Of a stretch of DNA of 64,000 nt, positions 10,598 through 20,500 are shown in pieces. Made by a program: the position numbers and the translations under genes. Under the pieces are notes generated by a model. It saw only the letters and a list, made by a program, of their open reading frames with translations. It was not told the origin of the DNA and searched no databases. This DNA is from Opitutia bacterium (GTDB lineage Bacteria; Verrucomicrobiota; Verrucomicrobiia; Opitutales; Opitutaceae), in assembly GCA_947478395.1 (NCBI GenBank), contig CANJVR010000002.1, positions 736,001-800,000 on the forward strand, given 5' to 3'. Numbering within the stretch: the stretch's first letter is position 1; every line of letters starts with the position of its first letter.

Positions 10598-10759
10598 ATG
10601 ACCTCTTTCAAGCGACTCCTTCTCTGGGTTCTCATTGCATGCGGCGCGCTCCTCACGGGGTGCGAGACGCGCAGCAGCAAAAACACCGCCATCCCGTGGA
10701 GCCGCCCCGCCGGTTGGGAAGGCCAGATCCCCGGTATGGGCCAGCAGGGCGGACGCTGA
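10598..10759 (+). CDS. Small predicted lipoprotein (53 aa, absent from the ORF track)
   Basis: MTSFKRLLLWVLIACGALLTGC-ETRSSKNTAIPWSRPAGWEGQIPGMGQQGGR*: basic n-region, h-region and LTGC lipobox. Starts 3 nt after the previous stop and is followed by a terminator. Confidence 0.8.
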   Translation: MTSFKRLLLWVLIACGALLTGCETRSSKNTAIPWSRPAGWEGQIPGMGQQGGR

Positions 10760-10785
10760 TTGCCACTGCTCATTCGATTCGGGAC

Positions 10786-10812
10786 AAATCCGGCCCAGCG
10801 CCGGATTTTTTT
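10786..10812 (+). terminator. Rho-independent terminator closing the pgi operon
   Basis: AAATCCGGC-ccagc-GCCGGATTT followed by a T run. Confidence 0.8.
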
Positions 10813-10914
10813 GGGATAGCGCGGCGCCTCAGCCTGGGGTTGGGTTCCAGAACGAGGACTGAAGCCTCGCGCCAAATTAAAATATTCCCCAGGCAGTTCA
10901 CTGCCCGCGCTTAA

Positions 10915-11640
10915 ATGTCCGAAACTCCTCCCGCCAACGCTTCGCTGACGCCCCAGCCCGGCCACCTTTACGTCGTCGCGACTCCGATCGGAAATCTCGC
11001 GGATATGACGGAGCGCGCCCGCGCGATTCTCGGTTCCGTTGATCTCGTCGCGTGCGAAGATACACGCACGACCGGTTTCCTGCTCACGCGTCTGGGCCTG
11101 CGGCGCGAACTCATCGCCTACCACGAACACAACGAAACCGAAGCCGCCGAACGTCTCGCCGCCGAACTTGCCGCGGGTAAATCGGTCGCCGTTGTGAGCG
11201 ACGCCGGCACCCCCGCACTGAGCGATCCCGGTTTCCGACTCGTGCGGGCCTGCCGGCGACGTGGTCTGCCCGTGATCCCGGTACCCGGTGCGAGTGCACT
11301 GACCGCGGTCCTCAGCGCGAGCGGCCTGCCCACCAACGGATTCCTTTTCGTCGGATTCTTGCCCGCGAAGAGCGCCGCGCGCGTCGCGTTTTTCGAGAAA
11401 TACCGAGCGTTCGACTACACCCTCGCCCTCTACGAAAGCTGTCATCGCATCGACAAGGCCGTCGACGAAATCGTCACCACCCTCGGCGAATCGCGCGTGA
11501 TCTGCGTGGCCAAGGAAGTCACGAAACTTCACGAAAGCTGGCTCGTCGGCCCGGCCGTCGAGGTCCGCGATCGGCTCGGAAAGATGAGCCTCAAAGGCGA
11601 ATTCGTCGTCCTCATCGCCCCAGCCGATTTCGTGCTCTGA
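10915..11640 (+). CDS. rsmI: 16S rRNA (cytidine(1402)-2'-O)-methyltransferase
   Basis: LYVVATPIGNLAD, ACEDTR, VSDAGTP.LSDPG, PVPGASA, YES.HR, KE.TKLHE and KGEFVV motifs. Confidence 0.95.
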   Translation: MSETPPANASLTPQPGHLYVVATPIGNLADMTERARAILGSVDLVACEDTRTTGFLLTRLGLRRELIAYHEHNETEAAERLAAELAAGKSVAVVSDAGTPALSDPGFRLVRACRRRGLPVIPVPGASALTAVLSASGLPTNGFLFVGFLPAKSAARVAFFEKYRAFDYTLALYESCHRIDKAVDEIVTTLGESRVICVAKEVTKLHESWLVGPAVEVRDRLGKMSLKGEFVVLIAPADFVL

Positions 11641-11651
11641 GCGGTTTAAGT

Positions 11652-11733
11652 TTTTTCGTGGGCGCATCGTGTAGCGGCCGGCGTCACTGGCTGCCGGTTT
11701 CAACATCCGCGTAGCGGCTACGCTTTTGGTTGA
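11652..11733 (+). repeat. Composite REP/MITE-like element, copy B (degenerate, single REP)
   Basis: TTTTTCGTGGGCG..GTAGCGGCCGGCGTCACTGGCTGCC..CGGCTACGCTTTTGGTTGA. Confidence 0.7.
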
Positions 11734-11746
11734 ACCCTCTGGTTGT

Positions 11747-11810
11747 CCGCGGAACCCACGGAATACCCGGAAACGAAACTTTCCTTCCGCGTGTTCCGTG
11801 TGTTCCGTGG
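11747..11810. repeat. 9-bp-period inverted repeat element (CACGGAA-type) directly upstream of ppx
   Basis: CCGCGGAAC CCACGGAAT ACCCGGAAA ... TTCCGCGTG TTCCGTGTG TTCCGTGG; ends 4 nt before the ppx ATG. Confidence 0.75.
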
Positions 11811-11814
11811 GCGC

Positions 11815-12753
11815 ATGTCCGGTCCCTCCGTTGCCGTCATCGATATTGGCTCAAACTCGATCAAAATTCTGGTCGCGGCCCGAAACGCCGAGGGCTTCCT
11901 CACCGCGCAAAAATATCGCATGATCGACGCCCGGATCAGTGCCGGCATCAGTCGCACCCAGCCGCGCCTCTCCGAGGAGGGCATGGCCCGGGGCCTCGCC
12001 GCCATCACCGATCTACTCGACGAGGCGAAAGCCCATTCGCCGTCGAAAATTATTCTGGTCGCCACGAGTGCCGTGCGCGACGCGCTCAATCAGGAGGAAT
12101 TCATCGAACGCGTGGCCCTGGCGACCGGTCATCGCATCCGCCTGCTCTCAGGTGAAGACGAAGCTAAACTCATTGGCCGAGGCCTCACCTGCGATCCAGC
12201 GCTCACCACGCTGCGCGATTTTCATGTGTTCGATCTCGGTGGCGGCAGCTTGGAATGCCTCGCGTTCCGTGAACGCATGATCGAGCAAGCGGTCAGTCTG
12301 CCTCTCGGCTGCGTGCGCCTTGCCGAGCGATTCGTAGCCGATCTCGAGGCTCCTTTCTCCCGTGAGAGCGCGCAGGCCATCGCGGACCACACGCGCACCA
12401 CGCTCGCCCAAGCCCGTTTTAAATTTTCCCTGCCGGCCACCGCAATCGCGGTCGGCACCGGCGGAACGCTCACCACGATGCGCACCATCGTAGCGGCGCG
12501 ATCCGGCGACACACTCGAAGCCACACCCACGTTTATTTCGTTGGCCGAAATTCGCACGATGCTCGACTGGTTGAGCGGGCTTACGCTGCCCGAACGAAAA
12601 CAGGTCCCCGGTCTGCCGCCCGCACGCGCCGATGTTTTTCCGACGGCTCTCGCCACGCTCATCGCCTTGGCCGAGGTGGGCCACCTCCGCGGATTCGAGA
12701 ACTCCCTCTATAATTTGCGCTGGGGACTTGTGGCCGAGACGATGGAGTTGTGA
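11815..12753 (+). CDS. ppx: Ppx/GppA family phosphatase (exopolyphosphatase-like)
   Basis: AVIDIGSNSIK, VATSAVRDA.N, LLSGEDEA, FDLGGGSLE, SLPLGCVR and RADV motifs. Start at MSGPSV (11815). Confidence 0.88.
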   Translation: MSGPSVAVIDIGSNSIKILVAARNAEGFLTAQKYRMIDARISAGISRTQPRLSEEGMARGLAAITDLLDEAKAHSPSKIILVATSAVRDALNQEEFIERVALATGHRIRLLSGEDEAKLIGRGLTCDPALTTLRDFHVFDLGGGSLECLAFRERMIEQAVSLPLGCVRLAERFVADLEAPFSRESAQAIADHTRTTLAQARFKFSLPATAIAVGTGGTLTTMRTIVAARSGDTLEATPTFISLAEIRTMLDWLSGLTLPERKQVPGLPPARADVFPTALATLIALAEVGHLRGFENSLYNLRWGLVAETMEL

Positions 12754-12769
12754 AACGGGTAGAGTCCGG

Positions 12770-12870
12770 AGGCAGGGCGGGATTATCCCTGCCCCGCCGT
12801 ATTTAACTGTGTAGCCGCCAGACCGCATCAAACGCGTCACCGGCGCCGTAAGGATAGCGCGCCCTACCTT
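12770..12870. repeat. Second REP family, inverted pair (AGGTAGGGCG..TATCC....CGCCG)
   Basis: 12770-12799 AGGCAGGGCGGGATTATCCCTGCCCCGCCG resembles the reverse complement of 12841-12870, AAGGTAGGGCGCGCTATCCTTACGGCGCCG. Confidence 0.65.
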
Positions 12871-13174
12871 ATCGGGAGCTTCCTGATCGCGTTTGGCGGT
12901 TTCCCTACCGTCGATTGGTTTAGCGCCGCGCTAGAGCTGATCTTTTTCCTGATCGCCCGCTTGGAATATCCGCGCGTCGTCAGCGGTGAGCCGACGGACA
13001 AGGCGGAGCGTCCTCGCGGGCGCCGAATTTATCTGGCAGCGCAAAGTGCCTACGGTTCCTCCAGCCAGCGCTGCAGGGCGGCGATGTCTGCGTTCTCAAT
13101 CGCGGATCCGCGCCCATCCCGTCTACTAACAAGCCGATGCCCGCTGTGAAAATTCCGGAGCGGGGCTTAAAGAC

Positions 13175-14107
13175 TCAATTACGCACCGAGGTTTTTTCAC
13201 CGGTCGGAAAGTCGGCGGGAATTTTTTGCGTGACCGCGCCAGTGGCCGCCCACTCGGTGCCGCGCTGGAGCGTGACGATGAAGCCTACGCACGTGAGCGG
13301 GATGAAAGGCGGCTGGCTGTTCGGGCCGACGTGGCCGAGCGTGGTGTGAAAGACGCGGCCCTTGCCGTAGTCGATCGCCATCAGCACGGGCTCGTCTTCG
13401 CCCGAGGCATTGGGAAATTTCGCTTTGTCGGCCAGAGCGGTGGCGAGAACGGTCACGTTTTTCGCCGGACCGCGGAGGTGACTGTAAATTTCATCCCTCG
13501 GATGCAGCCACGAGACGGGCAGTCCCTTCATGATCGGGTGCTCGGGCGTGCGTGTGACGACGCTAAAGTCGTGTGGCGCAGGATGCCCGTAGTTACCAGG
13601 GCTGTCTTCCGCCACCGTGTGGCCGTCGCGCCAGCGTATTTTCAATCCGACGCCGGGCTTGCGGCCGTTGACGCCGCCCGAGGGCGTCATGCCCCAGCCT
13701 CCGACGCCAATCATGTCGTTGAATTCGGGCCAATTCGGAAACCCGTTGTCGGCCGCGTGAATCGTCACGAGCCCCCCGCCGTTTTTCATATAGTCGACCA
13801 ACGCCTGCTTCGTGGCCGCGGGCCAGTCGATCGTCTCGTAGTCCAGCACGACGACGCCGTAGCCGGAAAACTTCGGGTTGAAATCGGATGTCTCCACATC
13901 CTTGGCGGGCGCGGTGACGACATCGACCGCGAACAAGCCGGTCTGCTCCAGATAAGTTTTCACGAGCGGACCGCTTTTGGTCCAATCGTGAAAGCGGTTA
14001 GACTGGCCGGTGAGCAGCATGACCTTGATCGGGGTCGCGGCAAATGTGCTGAGGGTGAGGTGCATCGCGAGGACAACGAGAAGGAAGACGCGGGCGGATG
14101 GTTTCAT
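13175..14107 (-). CDS. Secreted ThuA-domain (trehalose utilisation-like) protein
   Basis: Signal peptide; GGGLVTIHAADN, HPIMKGLP..W...DE.Y and YGKGRVFHTTLGH..RGTEWAATG motifs. Confidence 0.85.
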   Translation of the reverse strand: MKPSARVFLLVVLAMHLTLSTFAATPIKVMLLTGQSNRFHDWTKSGPLVKTYLEQTGLFAVDVVTAPAKDVETSDFNPKFSGYGVVVLDYETIDWPAATKQALVDYMKNGGGLVTIHAADNGFPNWPEFNDMIGVGGWGMTPSGGVNGRKPGVGLKIRWRDGHTVAEDSPGNYGHPAPHDFSVVTRTPEHPIMKGLPVSWLHPRDEIYSHLRGPAKNVTVLATALADKAKFPNASGEDEPVLMAIDYGKGRVFHTTLGHVGPNSQPPFIPLTCVGFIVTLQRGTEWAATGAVTQKIPADFPTGEKTSVRN

Positions 14108-14539
14108 AGAAGCAACGTGAAATAGAGGAGCAACACAACCGAGGGGGACATCGGATCGCTCACGGAAGCGATACAGGGGTCGCGCCGCGCGAAAAGCAAA
14201 CGCTTGGTCTCACTATTGCGCGCTAGAGGCGGACGCGCCGTGCCCCGTTACGGGCCGATCGGGATCAAGTCTAATGTTACTACTCCCCTGCACTGGGCCG
14301 CGTCGCAGGCGATGTTAATCATATTCCTTTGGCTGGTCGCCATCTTCGTCTGCCTTCAGGCTTAACCCCGACCGAACCCCATGTCCACGCCCTGTCGTTT
14401 CCTTCACCGTGCCGCATTTGTGACCGCGGGCGCATCCGTCAGCGTAGGGTACTTCCGGCCTGATGCCGCCCTGGGCAAGACAGACCAGGCGGCGCGCAAT
14501 TTTGGCCTCGGTTAACATCAGAGCGCCACAGCCATCGCG

Positions 14540-15412
14540 ATGAATCTCCGCCCTGCGCATACGCCCGCCACGGAACCGTACCTGAAGGGACGCAGCTTCG
14601 TTCGCTCGCTGGCGTTCGCGTGCACGCTGGCCACGGTATCCGCGCCGGCGCAAGAATCCAGTGCTCAACTGAGCGATCGCGCCGATCGCGCCGCGCCTCG
14701 GACGGATCCCAATTCGCAACTGGCCCACGCCCAGTTGCTCGAAAAAGCGCAGCACGGCGGCATCGACATTTATTTCCTCGGCGACTCGATCATCCGCCGA
14801 TGGGGCGCCAACGACTACCCCTATTTTCAATCCAACTGGAAACGTAATTTCTTTGGCTGGAACGCCGCGAATTTCGGCTGGGGCGCGGACCGAATCCAAA
14901 ATATTCTTTGGCGCGTGGAGAACGGCGAGCTGACCGGCGTGAATCCCAAGGTGATCGTGATTCTCGCCGGAACGAACAACGTCGGCCCGCAAGCAGCCGA
15001 CGAAGCCAAGATTGCCGACATCACCCGCGGCCTGCAGGCGCTCGTTAATCTCTGTCGCGCAAAGGCGCCAGCCGCCACCATTGTGCTCACCGCAATTTTC
15101 CCCCGGAACGACAACCCGGCCGCCATTCCGGGCATCAATCGCATCAACGAAAATCTCGCGCGTTTCGCGGATGGAAAATCCATCCGCTTCGTCAACATCA
15201 ACGCCCGTCTCGCCGCCGCAGACGGGAAGCTCTTCGACGGCATGATGGGCGACAAGCTTCACCCCACGATCAAAGGCTACCAAATTTGGGCCGACGCGTT
15301 GAACCCCATCTTCACGGAATTGCTCGGCCCTCCCGCCACCACCGATCACGCGCCCCCGCCGACCGGCGATCCGAGCGCCACCAAGTCTCGCCCCGCTCCC
15401 CCGAAACCTTAA
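14540..15412 (+). CDS. SGNH/GDSL-like esterase (PAF-acetylhydrolase-like), secreted
   Basis: FLGDSI, NFGWGAD..QNILWR, ILAGTNN and DKLHP catalytic blocks. Confidence 0.88.
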   Translation: MNLRPAHTPATEPYLKGRSFVRSLAFACTLATVSAPAQESSAQLSDRADRAAPRTDPNSQLAHAQLLEKAQHGGIDIYFLGDSIIRRWGANDYPYFQSNWKRNFFGWNAANFGWGADRIQNILWRVENGELTGVNPKVIVILAGTNNVGPQAADEAKIADITRGLQALVNLCRAKAPAATIVLTAIFPRNDNPAAIPGINRINENLARFADGKSIRFVNINARLAAADGKLFDGMMGDKLHPTIKGYQIWADALNPIFTELLGPPATTDHAPPPTGDPSATKSRPAPPKP

Positions 15413-15422
15413 CCCTAATCGC

Positions 15423-16952
15423 ATGAAACCCGTCGCATCTTCCATCGTTTCACCCGCACGAATTTTATTCGCCGGACTTTTGTCTGTGAGTGCCGGCGTC
15501 CACTCGAATGCCCAAACCCCTCCCGTTCCCGCCGCCGCGCCCGCTGCGTTTCCCGGCATGCCGAGCGCGGAGGAGCGTCAACGCATGCAGGAGCTCACCG
15601 CGCAGGATCACAAAAATATGATGGAGCAGCTCGGCATCACGAAACTCCGCCCCGGCCCGAGCGGGCAGACCGGCCCGAACGTCGTCAATCCCGCCAACTA
15701 CGATCCAGCGAAGGCCAACCCGTTTCCCGATCTACCGGACGTGCTCGTCTCGAAAGGTGGACAAAAAATCACCACGTCCACCCAGTGGTGGAGCGTGCGT
15801 CGCCCGGAAATCGTCGAAGACTTCGAACGCGAAGTGATCGGCCGCGTGCCTAAAAATGTCCCGAGTATTAAGTGGGAGGTCACGCGCACGGCCAACGCCA
15901 AGGTCGGCGATCTAGCCGTCGTCGCGAAACAGGTCATCGGGCACGTGGATAACTCCGCGTACCCCGGTATCACGGTCGACATCAAGATGGCCGTTGTCAC
16001 GCCGGCGGATGCGAAGGGACCCGTGCCGGTTTTGATGATGTTTGGTTCCGGCGGCATGCCGGATGATCCGGCTCCGGGCTTCGGCCGTGGTCCGGCGCGC
16101 GCTGGCGCGCCGGCGGGACCAATCGATCCACCGTCGACGAATCAACTCATCGCCGCCGGCTGGGGCTACGTTTCCATCAGCACCACGAGCATCCAGGCCG
16201 ACAACGGTGCAGGCCTCACAAAAGGCATCATCGGCCTCACGAACAAAGGCCAGCCCCGCAAACCCGAGGATTGGGGCTCGCTCCGCGCGTGGGCGTGGGG
16301 CGCGGCCCGCGCCCTCGACTTTCTCGAAACCGATCCCGCCATCGACGCCAAGCACGTGGGAATCGAGGGCGTATCGCGGTACGGCAAGGCCGCGCTTGTC
16401 ACGCTGGCGTTCGAGTCGCGCTTCGCGCTCGCCCTCGTCGGTTCCTCCGGCGAAGGCGGAGCGAAATTGCACCGCCGTAATTTTGGCGAGTCCGTGGAAA
16501 ATCTCACCGGCTCGGGCGAATACCACTGGATGGGTGGCAACTTTCTGAAATACGGCGCGGAGGAATCCAAATTCGGACGCAAAACCGCCGCCGATCTGCC
16601 CGTCGACGCGCACGAGTTGATCGCGCTCTGCGCGCCACGCCCCACTTTCATCAGCTACGGCATCCCGGAAAAGGGCGACGCCAATTGGTTGGACCAGCAA
16701 GGCAGCTACATGGCCACCGTTGCAGCCGGCCCCGTTTTCCGCCTGCTCGGCGCGCGCGACATCGGCGATAAAAACGACTATCACGTGGCCAAAATGCCGC
16801 CGTTCAACACGAGCCTGCTCGACGGTGAACTGGGGTGGCGCCAGCACGACGGTGGACACGAGGACCGCTCAAACATGAAGCACTTCATCACGTGGGCGGA
16901 CAAACTCATTCGCCACACCACGCCGGTGACCAGCGCGAAAACGGCACCGTAA
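15423..16952 (+). CDS. Glucuronoyl esterase-like protein (CE15), secreted
   Basis: G-V-S-R-Y-G-K nucleophile motif, WGSLRAWAWGA.RALD, SSGEGGA, LPVDAHELIALCAPRP and HDGGH. Confidence 0.85.
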   Translation: MKPVASSIVSPARILFAGLLSVSAGVHSNAQTPPVPAAAPAAFPGMPSAEERQRMQELTAQDHKNMMEQLGITKLRPGPSGQTGPNVVNPANYDPAKANPFPDLPDVLVSKGGQKITTSTQWWSVRRPEIVEDFEREVIGRVPKNVPSIKWEVTRTANAKVGDLAVVAKQVIGHVDNSAYPGITVDIKMAVVTPADAKGPVPVLMMFGSGGMPDDPAPGFGRGPARAGAPAGPIDPPSTNQLIAAGWGYVSISTTSIQADNGAGLTKGIIGLTNKGQPRKPEDWGSLRAWAWGAARALDFLETDPAIDAKHVGIEGVSRYGKAALVTLAFESRFALALVGSSGEGGAKLHRRNFGESVENLTGSGEYHWMGGNFLKYGAEESKFGRKTAADLPVDAHELIALCAPRPTFISYGIPEKGDANWLDQQGSYMATVAAGPVFRLLGARDIGDKNDYHVAKMPPFNTSLLDGELGWRQHDGGHEDRSNMKHFITWADKLIRHTTPVTSAKTAP

Positions 16953-17025
16953 AGAACCAAGCGCACCGGTTGGAAAAACGCGGATTGGCTCGGACCGATC
17001 AAGGCGTCCGTTTTTTTGGTATGGT

Positions 17026-17141
17026 TTAACCGAAAGCGCAGACGCTAACGACGTCGCGGCAGGGGTCCCTGCCTGCCGCCACCAGGACACCGGTCCCGGC
17101 AGGCAGAGACGCCTGCCGGGACCCGAAACGGCCACGGAAAA
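17026..17141 (-). repeat. Composite REP/MITE-like element, copy C
   Basis: TTAACCGAAAGCGCAG..GCGGCAGGGGTCCCTGCCTGCC..GGCAGGCAGAGACGCCTGCC..AAACGGCCACGGAAAA (reverse orientation of copy A). Confidence 0.85.
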
Positions 17142-17526
17142 GCTCAAATCGCTCGAGAGTAACCGGGGACACCTGGGTGGGCGGAAAAGCGTCGCGCCGA
17201 CCTACCCCGCCGAGCCAGATCCGGCCGATAACTCGGGGTCGTTTTGATTGAACACCGGCTGCGCCATGACCGCTTCACTCGGCGTGGCCTGTGCCGGACC
17301 ATGCAACGAGAACCGCGGATAGCGCGAATACAGCTGATGAATGCTCCGCGTGTTTTGGACGAATGGACGATGCCCTAAAACTGAAAGACGAAGTCTCTTT
17401 TCGACCATCACACGCAACGTCTGAAAATCCGCGCGATCAGCGTTATTCCGGTCCCGACTGCATCGCCCCGGCTAAGACCATTCCCACCATTGCGCGGTAA
17501 TGTGGTACGAGCGCTTGAATCGACGC

Positions 17527-17559
17527 AAAAAAACAGCCGTCGTTTGCACGACGGCTGTT
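17527..17559 (-). terminator. Rho-independent terminator of the TonB-dependent receptor gene
   Basis: 12-bp stem AACAGCCGTCGT-ttgc-ACGACGGCTGTT with an A run on the plus strand (U tail on minus). Confidence 0.88.
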
Positions 17560-17583
17560 GATCTCTTCAGCTCGAGGAAACCT

Positions 17584-20500
17584 TTAGAAATCGACCGAGG
17601 TCGTGAAGATCACCTTGCGCGGATCCAGATAGTTGAAGCTGCTCGGGAACATACCGAGGAGCGGATTCGTCGTCTGGCCGAGCACGCGATAGGTCGTATA
17701 GTTGTTGAAGATCAAATCGCTCTTGTCCGTGAGGTTATTCACATTGAGCTGGAAGCGGACGTTATACTTCCCGAACCGGGTACGATACGCCATATTGGCA
17801 TCCTGCGTGAAATAGGACGGCTGGTAGAGGTAAGAGAACGCAGCCGCTTGATTTTCCGCCGGAGTTGCAGCGCGCGCACCGGGAGCAGTGAGGCCGAACA
17901 GGATGGCGGCGGGGGTGCTCGTCACCTTGCGCTGGCCGCGACCGCTGATGCCGTAGCCAACCGAGAAACCGCGCAGCGCCGTTTCACGCCCGAACTGATA
18001 GGTCGCCGCGAGGCTGCCCGTCCATTTGTTCGTGCCGTTGTTCGTCGTGCCGGGCGCACTGCCAGCGATGTTGTTCTGGATATTGAGAATCTGGCTGGCG
18101 ATATTTTGACCCTCGGCCGCCGTCAGCGCCTCACCCTTGTCGTTCACGAGAGCAGTTGCCCACGAGGACCACTTGGCTTGGAAGGCTTCGAAGTAGGCCT
18201 TGGTCACCGGACGAACGTCGATGGACTTCGTCTTCGGCAACGCGTAGTTGGCCTGAAGGCGGAGGCCGCCTAGATTCGCCACCGCTTTGAACTCGTAGCC
18301 TGAGGTCTCAAGCGCGGCAACGTCGCGCCACGACATCTGCGTATAGTTTACGTCGTTGGCGTAGGTCGGACCGGAGCTGCTCCAGAGACTGGTGAAATTG
18401 CCCGAGGGCGGTCCACTGATCTGGTCGACCTGGTTATTCTTGTAGTAGCGTGCTTCGCCGGAGAGGCGGCCATCGAGAAAGTTAAAGCGAAGGCCGAACT
18501 CCGAACCCTTACCGCGCGTCGCGCCGAACGCTGCACCGTTGATGGTACCGTCGGCGTTATAGCCGGTGATCTTGGCAGCGCCTGAAGTCGGTGGCGCGAA
18601 GTTTTCGTTATAACTGTAAAATCCGCCAACGTGCTGGCCCTTGTCGGCCCAAACCACGGCGCCGAAGTTCTTCGTGAGCGCGCCAGCCTTGGTCAGATTA
18701 TGCGCACCTGGACGGGTTCCAGTGCCGGGGACAAAGCCGCCGTAACCCTGAAGACCGTGAACGTCATTGAAACCGCCGATGTTGCCGTATTGGTCGTCGT
18801 TGAGGTCGTCGTTACGAGCACCAAAGGTGATCGCGACCCGATCGCTCAGCAATTGGAGCGCGCCGATGATTTGGGCGTAATAGATATCCTTGTGTTCGAC
18901 GGAGGCGAAACCGGTTTGAATCCAATTGTAGGTGAACCCGGGTTTGGGGCCCGGCAACGTGCCAGCGCCGCCGTTCTTCAAACCATCCTCCACATAATAA
19001 CGGTAACGGAGGGTGTTTTCCGCCGCGGTCCACACTTGGTTCGCGCCGTCGGTGCGAGCAGGACTCAAGCCCCGCGCTTCGAAACGCTCGGCGCGATTGC
19101 CGACGACGCCGGAGAGCTGAAACCGGGAGTTCCAGAACGGCAGCGGGGTGCGGAAGCTCACGAGGCCACGCCATTCGTAGACGTAGTTTTCCTGGTAGCT
19201 TTTGCCTGGCGTCATTTCGGCGTAGAGCTTGCCCGCCTTGGGATTTACGGTGCCGTCGGGCAGGTATTTGTTAATATCATACTGGAACGAGCCCGTAGTA
19301 CCGGTCAGCTGGTTGCGGTCGTTGTTGTAGTCGTAGAACTGCAGACGGGCCGAAACGAAGTCGCTGAACCGGTGGTCCAAGTTAAAGGTGTAGGTCTGCT
19401 CCTTGAAGCGGGACCACGTGTCGTTCGGGCCGAAGTTAAACTCTTTACCGCCCGGCAGTGAGGCCGTGGAAGCGATTCCAGGCAGGTCGGAGCGGCCGTT
19501 GGGCTGGATGGCGATGCCCGGTCCGGTCGAGCGGTAGGTCCGGGTGTTGGCGACATTGGTCGTTCCGCCGCCGGTGTTGATGAACGCGTTCGTGGAGGGA
19601 ATTAAGGTCCAATTCTCAGCGTTACCGCTCACCTGAGTGACACCGGCGAGACCTTGGTTAGCGGGCAAGTTGGGATTGAGGCGATCGAACAGGTAGCCCG
19701 GCGCGAAGTAGCCGATCTGATCGCTGAACGTCGTCGGCATGTTCAAGTAACGCTTGTTGTCGAACTCCACGTCGACCGCCAGCTCGGTGGTCGGCGTAAT
19801 TTTATAGACTGTCGCGAGGTCCAACGCGCGCTCCGTGCTACGAGACCCATCACGCCATTGGGACGTGCTGGAATTCGCATTCTTCTGGAAGAGCAGATTG
19901 AGGCGGCCCGCGAAATTCTTGAAGATGACCTTGTTGGTGTCCGTCGAGAATCGCCAGCCACCGTAGCTGTCCCAACGGACGGTGCCGGAGTTGGAATCGC
20001 GATTCAAACGCGCCGTCTTGGTCGCTGACGTCGCAAGGCCGCCGATCTGGCCGTCACCGAAAAACGTCGAATTCGGCCCCATCGACAGGTCGAAGCGCTC
20101 GGTGTTGAAAGTATCCTGGACGGAATAGTTCAGGAAAGTATTACGCGTCGGGTAGTTGCCGGCCGATCCAGCCCCACGGAAGTTAAACTCGAAGTCGCCG
20201 AACGGAGATCCGTTTTGGGTGAAGCTGCCGGGGTCGACGCTCATCGAGTAACGGAAAGCATCACGCATATCGGTGATCGCCCAGTCATCCATGAACTCCT
20301 TTGTGATGGAGGAAATCCCGGACGCCGTGTCCTTGAACTTCAGGTCGACGCGGCCGCCCATACCGCCATCGACGCCTTGGTAACCGATATCCTTGTCGGT
20401 GCGGACTTCGAAAACCGATAGCTGAAGCGTATCCTGGTCGGATTTGATCGCAGCGAGCTCTTCGGGATCGAGGAGGCCGTTTTTGTTTTTGTCGTATCTA

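Noticed and set aside
12871..13170. Short ORFs in intergenic gaps (also 30525-31130 and 50118-50576)
   Set aside because: No recognisable motifs, signal peptides or operon coupling; treated as non-coding.
17210..17500. Possible RAYT transposase remnant (HRLRHD and PDH words next to REP elements)
   Set aside because: The words are short, in different frames and in the wrong order for RAYT, with no extended similarity visible. A frameshift-aware search would be needed.
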